Positions 8,122 to 16,525 of a DNA stretch of 64,000 nt are shown here, piece after piece (positions within the stretch are counted from its first letter, which is position 1; every line of letters starts with the position of its first letter). A model generated the notes under the pieces. That model was not told the origin of the DNA. It was given only the letters and a program-made list of their open reading frames with translations, and made no database searches. The translations under genes and the position numbers were made by a program. Location: positions 3,232-67,231 of the forward strand of contig PUMJ01000017.1 in assembly GCA_003551305.1 (NCBI GenBank). Reading direction: 5' to 3'. The stretch is from Candidatus Brocadiaceae bacterium (GTDB lineage Bacteria > Planctomycetota > Brocadiia > SM23-32).

Positions 8122-10530
8122 TCAGTCCTTGCGCAGGATGATGGCGTCCCGTGGGCATGCGTCCCTGCAACTGCCGCAGTGGACGCAGGTGTCCTGGTCT
8201 ATCTCGTGTTTCTCGTAGGGGCGGGCCTCGATGACGTCCGCCGGGCAGGCCTGGGCGCAGACCGTGCAGCCGTTGCACTCATCGGTCACCTCGTAGCGTA
8301 TCAGCGCCAGGCAGAGCCCGGCGGGGCAGCGGCCCTCGACATGGGCCTCGAACTCCTCGCGGAAGTAGCGCAGCGTGGTCAGCACGGGGTTCGGGGCGCT
8401 CTGGCCGAGGGCGCACAGCGTGGTGCCCTTGATGCGGTTGGCCAACTGCTCCAGCAACTCTATGTCCTCCGGCTTGCCGTCGCCCTCGCAGAGGCGCTCC
8501 AGTATCTCCCGCATCCGCCGGGTGCCGACGCGGCAGAAGGTGCACTTGCCGCAGGACTCGTTCTGGGTGAACTCCAGGAAGTAGCGGGCGATGTCCACCA
8601 TGCAGGTGTCTTTGTCCATGACGACGAGACCGCCGGAGCCCATCATGGCGCCGTGTTGGGTCAATTCCTCGTAATCAATCTTGACGTCGCGCAGGCTGGC
8701 CGGCAGGCATCCGCCGCTGGGGCCGCCTATCTGCACCGCTTTGAAGATGCGGCCTTCCTGCATGCCGCCGGCGATCTCGTCCACTATCTCGCCGATGCGG
8801 ATGCCCATGGGCACCTCGATGAGGCCGCCGCGCTTGATGCGCCCCACCAGGGCGAAGACCTTCGTGCCTTTGCTCCGCTCGGTGCCGATAGCGGCGAAGG
8901 CCTCCGGCCCGTTACGGAGGATCCATGGGATGTTGGCGAAGGTCTCGACGTTGTTGACGAGGGTCGGCTTGCCCCACAGTCCCCTCTCGGCCGGGTAGGG
9001 TGGGCGGTAGTGCGGCATGCCGCGCCGGCCCTCCAGGCTGGCCAGCAGGGCGGTCTCCTCCCCGCAGACGAACGCACCGGCGCCCTGCATGATGTTGACC
9101 CGGAGGCTGAAGTCGCTGCCCAGTATGTTCTTGCCCAGGTAGCCGCGCTCTTCGGCCTGGCGGATGGCGCGGCGGATGCGGCGCACGGCCAGCGGGTACT
9201 CGGCCCGGATGTAGAGGTGGGCCTCCTGCGCGCCGATGGCGTAGGCCGCGATGGCCAACCCCTCCAGGATGCGGTGGGGGTAGGACTCCATCAACATGCG
9301 GTCCATGAACGCGCCGGGGTCGCCCTCGTCGCCGTTCATCACCACGTACTTGGTATCCTCGTGCCGGGCGCGCACATGTTCCCACTTCTGCCCGGTGGGG
9401 AAGCCGGCCCCGCCGCGGCCGCGCAGGCCGGATTTCTTCACCGCCTCGATCACCTCTTCGGGGGTGCGTTCGACCAGGACCTCGCGCAGGGCGCGGTAGC
9501 CGTCCCAGGCTTCGTAGTCGTCCAGGCTGTCGGGGTCCAGCCGTCCGGCGCCCTCCATGACGAGGTGCTTTTGCCCGGCCAGGAAGGCGTTCGTGGCGGG
9601 GTCCCGGCTGTCGAGGGTGTGGTCGTCGGGCTCGGTCCAGGCCGAATCGCTGGTCAGCAGGTCTTTTGCCCGCAGCAGGGCGGCCTTGCCCCTGGCCAGC
9701 AGGCCGCGGCCGCGCAGGTGGCGCCGGGCGAGGTGACGCGCCACGCCGGGGGTGACGCCGGCATAGCGGAAGCTGTGGCCGTCAACAAGGACCTCCACCA
9801 CCGGCTCCTGGAAGTACATGCCGGCGCAGGCCGCGCCCCGCACGTGCGCCGCCGCACCCAGCCGCTGCGCCTCCTCCAGCAGGACGGCACGCACCCGGTC
9901 GCTGCCGCTGGCGATACACGCCGAGTCCAGGCCGAGCCGTATCTCGGTCAACTCGCCGTCCTCCTGCCGGCCGCCCGGCCGGCCGGGCGGCTCCTCGTCG
10001 GCGTCCCGGCCGCCGTACGTCTGCAGGAAGTGCTCAAGCATCCGCGGGGCGGTGTCCCGGGTCAGGTAGCCGTAGAAGCGTTCCCCGATCTTCGCCACCG
10101 GCGCCAGGGAGCAGCAGCCCAGGCACGGAACTTCTTCGATGGTCCAGCGTCCCTCCTCGTCGGTGTCCCTGTTGTCGGGGATGTCCAGGTGGCGCATCAG
10201 GGACTCGGTGATGGCGTCCGCCCCCGCCACGTGGCAGGGGGTGCCCACGCAGACGCTGACGATGTGATCCCCGACGGGCCGGCGGCGGAACTGGGAGTAG
10301 AAGGTGGCGATGCCCTCGACCTGCGCCGGCTGCAGCTCGGTGCGCTCGCAGACGCGCTCCAGGGCGGCCTGCGGCAGGTAGCGAAAACGCTCCTGGATGG
10401 CCTGCAGGATGGGGATGGCGGCCCCCCGGTGGCGGCCGTGGCGCTCGATGATCTGATCAACCGCGTCCAGGTCCACGGCCTGCTCGGCGCCGCCGGTCTG
10501 CCGGGCGCTCTGTTCGGTCACCTCTGTCAT
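8122..10530 (-). CDS. Fused NuoE-like (2Fe-2S thioredoxin-like) and NuoF-like (FMN/NADH, 4Fe-4S) subunit with a C-terminal 2x[4Fe-4S] ferredoxin domain (HoxF/HydB-like)
   Basis: N-terminal CVGTPCH...CLGCC is NuoE-type. GGAGFPTGQKW and NGDEGDPGAF are NuoF FMN/NADH motifs; ESCGKCTFCRVG is the NuoF cluster. C-terminal CNGCTVCAQACP and CVHCGSCRDACP. Confidence 0.8.
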   Translation of the reverse strand: MTEVTEQSARQTGGAEQAVDLDAVDQIIERHGRHRGAAIPILQAIQERFRYLPQAALERVCERTELQPAQVEGIATFYSQFRRRPVGDHIVSVCVGTPCHVAGADAITESLMRHLDIPDNRDTDEEGRWTIEEVPCLGCCSLAPVAKIGERFYGYLTRDTAPRMLEHFLQTYGGRDADEEPPGRPGGRQEDGELTEIRLGLDSACIASGSDRVRAVLLEEAQRLGAAAHVRGAACAGMYFQEPVVEVLVDGHSFRYAGVTPGVARHLARRHLRGRGLLARGKAALLRAKDLLTSDSAWTEPDDHTLDSRDPATNAFLAGQKHLVMEGAGRLDPDSLDDYEAWDGYRALREVLVERTPEEVIEAVKKSGLRGRGGAGFPTGQKWEHVRARHEDTKYVVMNGDEGDPGAFMDRMLMESYPHRILEGLAIAAYAIGAQEAHLYIRAEYPLAVRRIRRAIRQAEERGYLGKNILGSDFSLRVNIMQGAGAFVCGEETALLASLEGRRGMPHYRPPYPAERGLWGKPTLVNNVETFANIPWILRNGPEAFAAIGTERSKGTKVFALVGRIKRGGLIEVPMGIRIGEIVDEIAGGMQEGRIFKAVQIGGPSGGCLPASLRDVKIDYEELTQHGAMMGSGGLVVMDKDTCMVDIARYFLEFTQNESCGKCTFCRVGTRRMREILERLCEGDGKPEDIELLEQLANRIKGTTLCALGQSAPNPVLTTLRYFREEFEAHVEGRCPAGLCLALIRYEVTDECNGCTVCAQACPADVIEARPYEKHEIDQDTCVHCGSCRDACPRDAIILRKD

Positions 10531-10564
10531 ATTGCCTTCCGTCTTTGTCCGTTATAGCATGTCG

Positions 10565-12286
10565 TCACTTGCCGATGCACCAGAGGTGGTCCTCACCGCG
10601 AATGTAGATGCGCGAGTCCACGAAAGCGGGCGTCGCGTAAACGGCCTCCCCCAGCCGGCCCGTCGAGGTCACCTCGAAGCTGTCGGCCAGCGGGAAGATG
10701 TGCGTCACCCCGGCCGCGTCGGTCAAATAGACCAGGTCGCCCACCAGCACGGGTGAGGACCATATCTCCTCGTCCAGGTAATCCTCCCAGAGCAGTTCGC
10801 CGGTCTCGGCGTCGAAGCAGGTCAGCCACGCGCTGCTGGCCACCTGCAGGCAGAGCCGGTCGTCGGCGACGGGGCTGGGGGCGTCCGAGAGGCCGTCGCG
10901 CGCGCTCCACAGGACGTTGGAGTCGGTGACGTCGCCGAACCCGCCGGTGCGGATGGCCGCGATGCGGGCGTGATCGGTGGTGACGAAGACCCTGTCGCCG
11001 CGCGCAAACGGGCTCGGCCCGACATCGCCGCCCAGCACGTCGGCGCGCCAGAGTTCCTCGCCGTCGGCCGGGTCGTAGGCTATCACCCAGGGGGCGGCGC
11101 TGGTGATGAGTTCCGTGCCCGCCGGGGTCTCGGCCAGTATGGGGCTGCTCCAGGAGTTGGGCACGGGCCGCTGCGTCCTCCAGACCTCCTCTCCCGTGGC
11201 GCCGTCCAGGGCGATGAGGGCGGAGGGGGCGTCCTCGGCCATGACGCCCCGGTCGAACTGCACGATGACGTTGCCCTCGTAAGTAAGGGGCGAGCTGGCG
11301 ATGCCGTAGACGTTCTCCGGCTCGCCAAGGTTTTTCTCCCAGAGCACGTTGCCGTCGAAGTCGAGGGCAGCCAGGTCCGCCGTGGCGAAGAAGGCATACA
11401 CGCGCTGTCCGTCGGTGGCGGCGGTCGGTGCGGCGTATCCGGTGTACATGAAGACCTCGACCTCGTCCGGCGCGTCGGGGGTCTGCACGGATGTGCGCCA
11501 CAGAAGCTCGCCTGAGGCGCGATCATAGCAGAAGACGGCCTGCGAGTTCTCGTCAGCGCCCGTCAGGAAGATGCGGTCGCCCCAGACGACCGGCGAGCTG
11601 CGGCCCGGCAGGTCAATGGGGCTCTTCCAGGCGATGTTCTCGCCCGTCTCAGCGTCCCAGCTTCCGGGCCAGTCCCCGTCCTGCACCGTGGCGCGGCCGC
11701 CGTGACCGCGGAAGTGGGGCCAGGTCAGGTGGGCGGGCACCTCCGCTACCTCGGGCGGCTCTGCCGCCGGCTGAGGGGTTATGACGGCGGGCGCCTCGGA
11801 GGGCGGGGTCGGCGGGGCATCCTCCCTCGGAAAGTCGGGCCCGCCTACGACGGCCAGGCTCACCAGCCCCACCAGCACGGCGGCGGCGAGGGTCGCCACG
11901 GCGGCCAGTCTCAGGCGGCGCCGGCCCTCCCACGCCTTCCGGTCGCTCTGCTCTTCGCGGCTCAGCGGCATCGGCACTTCGGAGTCCGTCGAGGCGTACC
12001 AGTGCAGCGCCAGCGCGAGGCCGACCGCGCCGGCCAGCAGCAGCACGGCGCCGGCGGCTATCAGGCGACGGCGCGCCAGATAGGCCCGTCTCACCCTGGC
12101 GTCCTGTTCACGCACGGCCTGCTGGAGCGCTTCGTTGTCGGGCTCGCGGGCCAGCGCCTCCCTCATGCCTTCCAGGGCGGGTGACTCGGGCGGAGGCTCG
12201 CCACTGCGGGCCAGGTGAGCCGCCGTCATCGCACCGATAAGGATGCCGCAGAACAAGGCCGCCACAACCACCAGGGCCAGGGCCAT
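10565..12286 (-). CDS. Membrane-anchored PQQ-like beta-propeller repeat protein (BamB/YxaL-like, non-enzymatic type)
   Basis: N-terminal TM segment and a proline-rich linker, then repeated xLDxxTGEELW blades. Start at 12286 is the first ATG clear of the upstream gene; no obvious SD, so the start is uncertain. Confidence 0.55.
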   Translation of the reverse strand: MALALVVVAALFCGILIGAMTAAHLARSGEPPPESPALEGMREALAREPDNEALQQAVREQDARVRRAYLARRRLIAAGAVLLLAGAVGLALALHWYASTDSEVPMPLSREEQSDRKAWEGRRRLRLAAVATLAAAVLVGLVSLAVVGGPDFPREDAPPTPPSEAPAVITPQPAAEPPEVAEVPAHLTWPHFRGHGGRATVQDGDWPGSWDAETGENIAWKSPIDLPGRSSPVVWGDRIFLTGADENSQAVFCYDRASGELLWRTSVQTPDAPDEVEVFMYTGYAAPTAATDGQRVYAFFATADLAALDFDGNVLWEKNLGEPENVYGIASSPLTYEGNVIVQFDRGVMAEDAPSALIALDGATGEEVWRTQRPVPNSWSSPILAETPAGTELITSAAPWVIAYDPADGEELWRADVLGGDVGPSPFARGDRVFVTTDHARIAAIRTGGFGDVTDSNVLWSARDGLSDAPSPVADDRLCLQVASSAWLTCFDAETGELLWEDYLDEEIWSSPVLVGDLVYLTDAAGVTHIFPLADSFEVTSTGRLGEAVYATPAFVDSRIYIRGEDHLWCIGK

Positions 12287-12348
12287 CGTGCGGTCTTTGG
12301 GCGGGTGGCGGCGCGCCGGGCCGTCGCCGGTGGGGGAAGTCTGCTTGC

Positions 12349-12798
12349 TCACGGCTTCCCTCCCGGTATCTCGTCGGTAATCTCCCGCTGGGCGCGCCGG
12401 TCGCGCTCGGCCGGGCAGGACATATAGCACCGCGCGCAGGCCACGCAGTAGAGGTGGTTGATGACGTACTCTTCGTGCTCACGAGGGCCGGCGTGGGCCA
12501 GCAGGGCGACGGCCAGCACCAGGCCGAGCCAGCCGCCCAACGCCGCGGAGCCCCGGGTGAGGTTGCGCTCGGCCCGGCGAGCGTCCTGGTAAAGCTCCTG
12601 CTCGGTGCGGTCGGCGTTCCAGAAGGCTTCGGTGTCCTGGGTGAGGCCGCGGGCCCCGAGCACGGACTCCTCCCGCCAGATCTCGCGGGCGAGGCGCACG
12701 TCGCGGTGCGCGCGCGCCACGAACGGACCGGCCCCGAGCCCGAGGGCGGCCCCCAGAAGCGGCAGCACCAGTAAGGACAGCCATAGCAGTCTGCGCAT
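12349..12798 (-). CDS. Small membrane protein with a single CxxCxxCxxxCP 4Fe-4S ferredoxin motif
   Basis: Two hydrophobic segments, then CVACARCYMSCP. ATG at 12798 overlaps the upstream stop (TGATG). Confidence 0.45.
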   Translation of the reverse strand: MRRLLWLSLLVLPLLGAALGLGAGPFVARAHRDVRLAREIWREESVLGARGLTQDTEAFWNADRTEQELYQDARRAERNLTRGSAALGGWLGLVLAVALLAHAGPREHEEYVINHLYCVACARCYMSCPAERDRRAQREITDEIPGGKP

Positions 12799-13664
12799 CA
12801 CGCCTCATGCACTCCTTCCGGGGTCTTCGGTTCGATCGCGCCGTAGGGGCAGGCCTTGTGACAGAGGGTGCAGTTGACACATTCGTCCGGCGTGATGCTG
12901 GTGCGCCGCCAGGAGACGCGCGAGACCGTCCCGAGCAGCGGGACGCCGTAGGGGCAGAGCCAGCGGCAGTAGGGCCGGCCGATAAAGGCGGAGCTGATCA
13001 GCACCACGCCGCCGGCTATCAGCATGGGGAAGTCCCCGCCGAGCCGGAAGAAGGCCACGAACGGGTCGTAGCGGCAGATGATCCACAGCGTGTCGGTGAC
13101 GGTGAACATGACGGCGGCCCCGAGGTAGAGGAACGGGACGACCCCCAGCGTGCGGTCCAGCCACTGCGGCACGCGCACGGGCTTTATCAGAACCACCTCC
13201 TGGATGGCCCCGAGGGGGCAGACGCCGCTGCAGAAAACCCGCCCGAACAGCAGCGCAAAAACCAGCGGCAGGGCGAAAAAGAGCGCCACCGTGACCGGCA
13301 CCACGTAGCCGGGGAGCGCCAGCCCGGCGGTGACGTTCTGGATGGCGCCGATGGGGCAGACGCAGCCCCGCCGGTAGAAACCGAAGTAAGCCAGCGCCAG
13401 CACCGAGAGGACGAACATGGCGCGGCGGCTGCGGGCCTTCAGGGCGATGTAGGCGGCAACCCCGAGCGCCACGAACAGCACGGCTACGTCCACGACCTCC
13501 CGGCTCATGGCGCGCGCGGCCGGCCAGGCGGTCTCGGGCATCTCGTAGGGCGCCTCGAACTGGGGCGCCGGGAAGCGCCGCTGCGCGGCGGCCTGCCCCG
13601 GGGCCAGCACGGCGGCAGCCGCCAGCAGACAGAGCGCGATGATGATGGCCTTCAGTGCCTTCAT
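12798..13664 (-). CDS. NapH/MauN-family membrane polyferredoxin
   Basis: Signal/TM segments; repeated CxxCP motifs within TM helices (GCVCPIGAIQ, FCSGVCPLGAIQ, YCRWLCPYG); C-terminal CVNCTLCHKACPYGAI ferredoxin. Confidence 0.7.
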   Translation of the reverse strand: MKALKAIIIALCLLAAAAVLAPGQAAAQRRFPAPQFEAPYEMPETAWPAARAMSREVVDVAVLFVALGVAAYIALKARSRRAMFVLSVLALAYFGFYRRGCVCPIGAIQNVTAGLALPGYVVPVTVALFFALPLVFALLFGRVFCSGVCPLGAIQEVVLIKPVRVPQWLDRTLGVVPFLYLGAAVMFTVTDTLWIICRYDPFVAFFRLGGDFPMLIAGGVVLISSAFIGRPYCRWLCPYGVPLLGTVSRVSWRRTSITPDECVNCTLCHKACPYGAIEPKTPEGVHEA

Positions 13665-13788
13665 GTCCTGTGGTCGTCAGAAGTGGGCCGTCGAATGATC
13701 GTTTTCGGTTCGGTTCTCATCCTCGTGCTCGGCGTTCCTCTGCCGTGTGGTGTCCCCGGGGCCGTGGCCCGGGCCGGCAGCGCCCCAG

Positions 13789-14385
13789 TCATTCCCCCCT
13801 CACGGCGGATATGAGGTGCCCGGGGCCGCTGGCCTTGTCCATGTAGGGGGTCGCGACGGGCAGGCGGATGAAGGCGTCGGAGGGGCAGCGCATGGCGATA
13901 AGGCACTCGTTGCAGTTGACGCAGCGGTCGTGGCGCACCTGCAGGTAGAGCGAACCGTTGCCGAACTGCTCGCAACCCTCCACGCACTTGCCGCAGCCGT
14001 TGCACAGCTCTTCGTCAATGATGTACTCGTAGTAGGGCTCTTCGATGAAAGTGCGTTTGATGGCGCCGAGGGGGCACATCTGGTTCTCCGCCGCCTCGTC
14101 GAGCCCGACGGGGTCTGTCTGGAAGAATCCGAAACACAGCCGGCAGTAGCCGCACATGGCGTACTGGTGCACGCATTTGACGGCCGAGTCGTCCAGCACG
14201 CAATCAGTGGTGCAGCGGCCGCAGCGGGTGCACTTGAAGGGGTCTATCTGCCAGACCGTCCCGTCGGCGCCCCACCGCATGCTCAGCGCGCCGAGGGCGC
14301 CCCCCACGGCCAGCAGGGAGGCGCCGCGGCCGAGCCCCGTGAGGAAATCGCGCCGTGTCAGGCGGTCCTTTTTACCTTTGCTCAT
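13789..14385 (-). CDS. Tat-exported NapG/MauM-like ferredoxin with about four [4Fe-4S] clusters
   Basis: RRDFLTG twin-arginine signal; CTRCGRCTTDC, CNGCGKCVEGC and CVNCNECLIAMRCP cluster motifs. AGGAGAAGAG SD. Confidence 0.7.
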   Translation of the reverse strand: MSKGKKDRLTRRDFLTGLGRGASLLAVGGALGALSMRWGADGTVWQIDPFKCTRCGRCTTDCVLDDSAVKCVHQYAMCGYCRLCFGFFQTDPVGLDEAAENQMCPLGAIKRTFIEEPYYEYIIDEELCNGCGKCVEGCEQFGNGSLYLQVRHDRCVNCNECLIAMRCPSDAFIRLPVATPYMDKASGPGHLISAVRGE

Positions 14386-14403
14386 CCGGTCTCTTCTCCT
14401 CCC

Positions 14404-14688
14404 TCAGGTTCGTTCGCGGAAGGGGCATTCGTCGCTTCCACGGACGGGGCGCCTGTCGGCGAACGCCGGTCCTTCCGCCCGCTGCCTGCGGGCCAGGGCG
14501 GCGGACGGCAGGGTGCAGTCCTTCAGGGCGTTGCACTGCACGCAGACTTCTGCGGCGGCGGGGGCCGGCCCGCCGCCGCCCCCGCGCCAGGCGGAATGCA
14601 GCACCAGCCCGCCCAGCAGCCCGCCAGTCGCCCAGCGGGCGCAGCGCCTGAGGAACTCGCGCCGTTTCAGGTCCTGTTCGCGGCTCAT
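14404..14688 (-). CDS. Small Tat-signal Cys-containing protein (hypothetical redox partner)
   Basis: RREFLRR twin-arginine motif and h-region; mature part has CVQCNALKDC...ECP. ATG overlaps the upstream stop (ATGA). Confidence 0.4.
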   Translation of the reverse strand: MSREQDLKRREFLRRCARWATGGLLGGLVLHSAWRGGGGGPAPAAAEVCVQCNALKDCTLPSAALARRQRAEGPAFADRRPVRGSDECPFRERT

Positions 14689-15563
14689 GCTGTCTCAAAG
14701 CCCTCCGGGCTCCAGGGGATGGGCGCGCGGAACGTCGCCGTCTCCAGGTCCGCGGGGGCCCGGTTCTGCTGCAGGGAGCGCAGCCGCCGCGCCAGTTCTT
14801 CACGGGTGCGCCGGGGCAGCTCGGCCGAGAGGGCCACCGTTATCCACGGGACGCCGGCCGTGGCGCCCACCTGCCGGAAGACGTCCGGTCGGCCGGCCAG
14901 TTGCCGGCCGCTGTGGTCGGCGCAGTAGTGGCTCACGGCCGCGAGCTGCACGTCGCCTTCCAGCACGCGGGCGGCGGCTTCCAGGCAGGTGCCCACCGTC
15001 TCGGTCCGGGCGGGTCGCACCCCGGCCGCCTCCAGCCTCTGAAGCGCCAGGAAGTAACTCTCGTAATGCTCGCCGTTGCCCAGGGCGACGGTCCCGCCGG
15101 ACGCGTCCTCCAGGCTGGTGACGGGGCCGTCGGCGCGCGTCAGGAACAGGCTGCGCAGCAGGGGCGAGTCGTCCGGGCCCGGCACGTCCAGCACCCGTTC
15201 GAACCCCGGCCCGCCCGCCTCCAGCCCGCGCATCAGCGTCCACGTCTTGCAGACGGCTACGTCCACCTGCCCCGCGACGATGGCCGTCACCATCTGCTCG
15301 TCCAGGCGGTAGTAATCAACTTTGACCTCAGCCTTGGTGCCGTTGCGCAGCATGTCCAGGAGCCCGTCATAGCGCCTGGTGGCGTATTCGCCGACGCAGG
15401 CGCTGGCGCTCTGCACGGCCAGGGAGTCGCAGATGCCGACGCGCACGCGCCGGTGCCGCCTGTGGGGGCGGCATCCCGTCACCAGGGGCAGCGCCACGCC
15501 CGAGGCTGTGAGTATGAACTGGCGGCGCGTCAGCCGGTTTCCTCTCCCCTCATCCGTTCCCAT
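14685..15563 (-). CDS. PhnD/SsuA-like periplasmic substrate-binding lipoprotein
   Basis: ATG at 15563 with AGAGG SD; Tat-like RRQF plus LVTGC lipobox; AIVAGQVDVAV resembles the PhnD motif. Confidence 0.5.
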   Translation of the reverse strand: MGTDEGRGNRLTRRQFILTASGVALPLVTGCRPHRRHRRVRVGICDSLAVQSASACVGEYATRRYDGLLDMLRNGTKAEVKVDYYRLDEQMVTAIVAGQVDVAVCKTWTLMRGLEAGGPGFERVLDVPGPDDSPLLRSLFLTRADGPVTSLEDASGGTVALGNGEHYESYFLALQRLEAAGVRPARTETVGTCLEAAARVLEGDVQLAAVSHYCADHSGRQLAGRPDVFRQVGATAGVPWITVALSAELPRRTREELARRLRSLQQNRAPADLETATFRAPIPWSPEGFETA

Positions 15564-16524
15564 CGTCTTTGCCTCTTTGCTCGAATATGTGGATACCCCC
15601 CGCCGGCGGGTCCAGCACGTAGAGCCGGCCGGCGGAGTCCGCGGCGAGGTCCAGCCCCTCGGCGTCCCGGGAGAAGTGCTCCGGCCCGATGTAGGCCAGC
15701 AGCCCCCTGTCGGCGTCATAGACCTTCACTCGCGGTATGTCCTTCTCGGATACGGCGATCTTCGCCTCCTCCATCAGCAGCAGGTCCGTGGGGTTGCAGC
15801 AGCCTACGAACTGGTGCGGCTCGCGCCCGAACTCCCCCCAGTGGCTCAGCACTTCCCCGCGCCAGTCGTAGACCTCCACGCGGTGGCGGCCCGGGTTCGT
15901 GACGTGCAGGCGGCCCTGCTCGTCAACGCGCACGTCGAGGAAGGGGCTGGGGCAGACCAGGCCGACAATGCCCCGGCTCAGGTCGCGACCGCCGATGTCC
16001 TTGACGAAGTCCCCGTCCAGGGCGAATTGATGCACCAGGCGTCGGCCGGGGTCGGCCACGTAGACCCCCGCCCCGTGGACGGTCAGGTTCGTGATGATGC
16101 CGAAGCGCCCGCCCTCCTCCACCGGCGCTCCCCACTGCCGGATTCTGTCGCCTCCGGGGCTGAAGACCTCTATGGCCGTCTCCAGCGCCACGTAAATCTC
16201 GCCCTCCTCCTCGTCCACCGCCACGGCCACGGCGGGGGCTGAGGTCGCGCAATAGAGCAGCGGCCGGCCGTCGAGCCCGTAAACCCGCACCCCCTCGCGC
16301 CCGGCCACGTAAAGTCGGTCTCGCCGGTCGATGTAGATGCCGGCGGGTTCTTCCACGTCGGGCTCGAAAATCGCCGCCGGCTCGTACTGCAGCTCTGTCT
16401 GCACCGCGCTTCCCTGGTCGGCCCGTGTCGGCCTGTCGGCCGTGGCGGGGCCCTCATCGGTGCAACCCCAGAGCGCCACGGCGACAGCGGCCAGCAGAAG
16501 TGCGGTTGTTCTGGCGGCGGCCAA
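15550..16524 (-). CDS. NHL-repeat beta-propeller lipoprotein
   Basis: LLLAAVAVALWGC lipobox; repeated YVAD/YVTD...G NHL-like blades. TTG/GTG start near 16524-16533 preceded by GGAGGGAGG; start approximate. Confidence 0.5.
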   Translation of the reverse strand: MAAARTTALLLAAVAVALWGCTDEGPATADRPTRADQGSAVQTELQYEPAAIFEPDVEEPAGIYIDRRDRLYVAGREGVRVYGLDGRPLLYCATSAPAVAVAVDEEEGEIYVALETAIEVFSPGGDRIRQWGAPVEEGGRFGIITNLTVHGAGVYVADPGRRLVHQFALDGDFVKDIGGRDLSRGIVGLVCPSPFLDVRVDEQGRLHVTNPGRHRVEVYDWRGEVLSHWGEFGREPHQFVGCCNPTDLLLMEEAKIAVSEKDIPRVKVYDADRGLLAYIGPEHFSRDAEGLDLAADSAGRLYVLDPPAGGIHIFEQRGKDDGNG

Positions 16525-16525
16525 C

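Noticed and set aside
7999-8278. N-terminal extension of the flavoprotein ORF to 8278
   Set aside because: It would overlap the C-terminus of the upstream NuoEF-like gene by 157 nt. The recognisable protein starts at MPFTITIDGERL (ATG 7999), matching ferredoxin N-termini.
8002-10557. 851-aa ORF on the plus strand antisense to the NuoEF-like gene. Similar long antisense ORFs occur at 13747-14928, 16337-17512, 19790-23041 (1083 aa), 33666-35240, 36971-38851, 53706-54653 and 56133-58112.
   Set aside because: They are typical high-GC stop-codon-poor frames: low-complexity Ala/Arg/Gly/Pro-rich translations with no recognisable motifs. Each lies opposite a gene with clear family signatures on the other strand.
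12287-12430. Extension of the PQQ-propeller ORF to 12430
   Set aside because: It overlaps the 3' end of the upstream small ferredoxin gene in another frame. The first ATG clear of the upstream gene (12286) was chosen, though it has no obvious SD, so the start remains uncertain.
14156-15121. 321-aa plus-strand ORF overlapping the NapG-like, small Tat and binding-protein genes
   Set aside because: Pro/Arg/Ser-rich low-complexity translation, antisense to three well-supported genes.
15581-15590. DnaA-box-like TGTGGATAC
   Set aside because: Single isolated 8/9 match inside coding sequence, not clustered. Not evidence for oriC.
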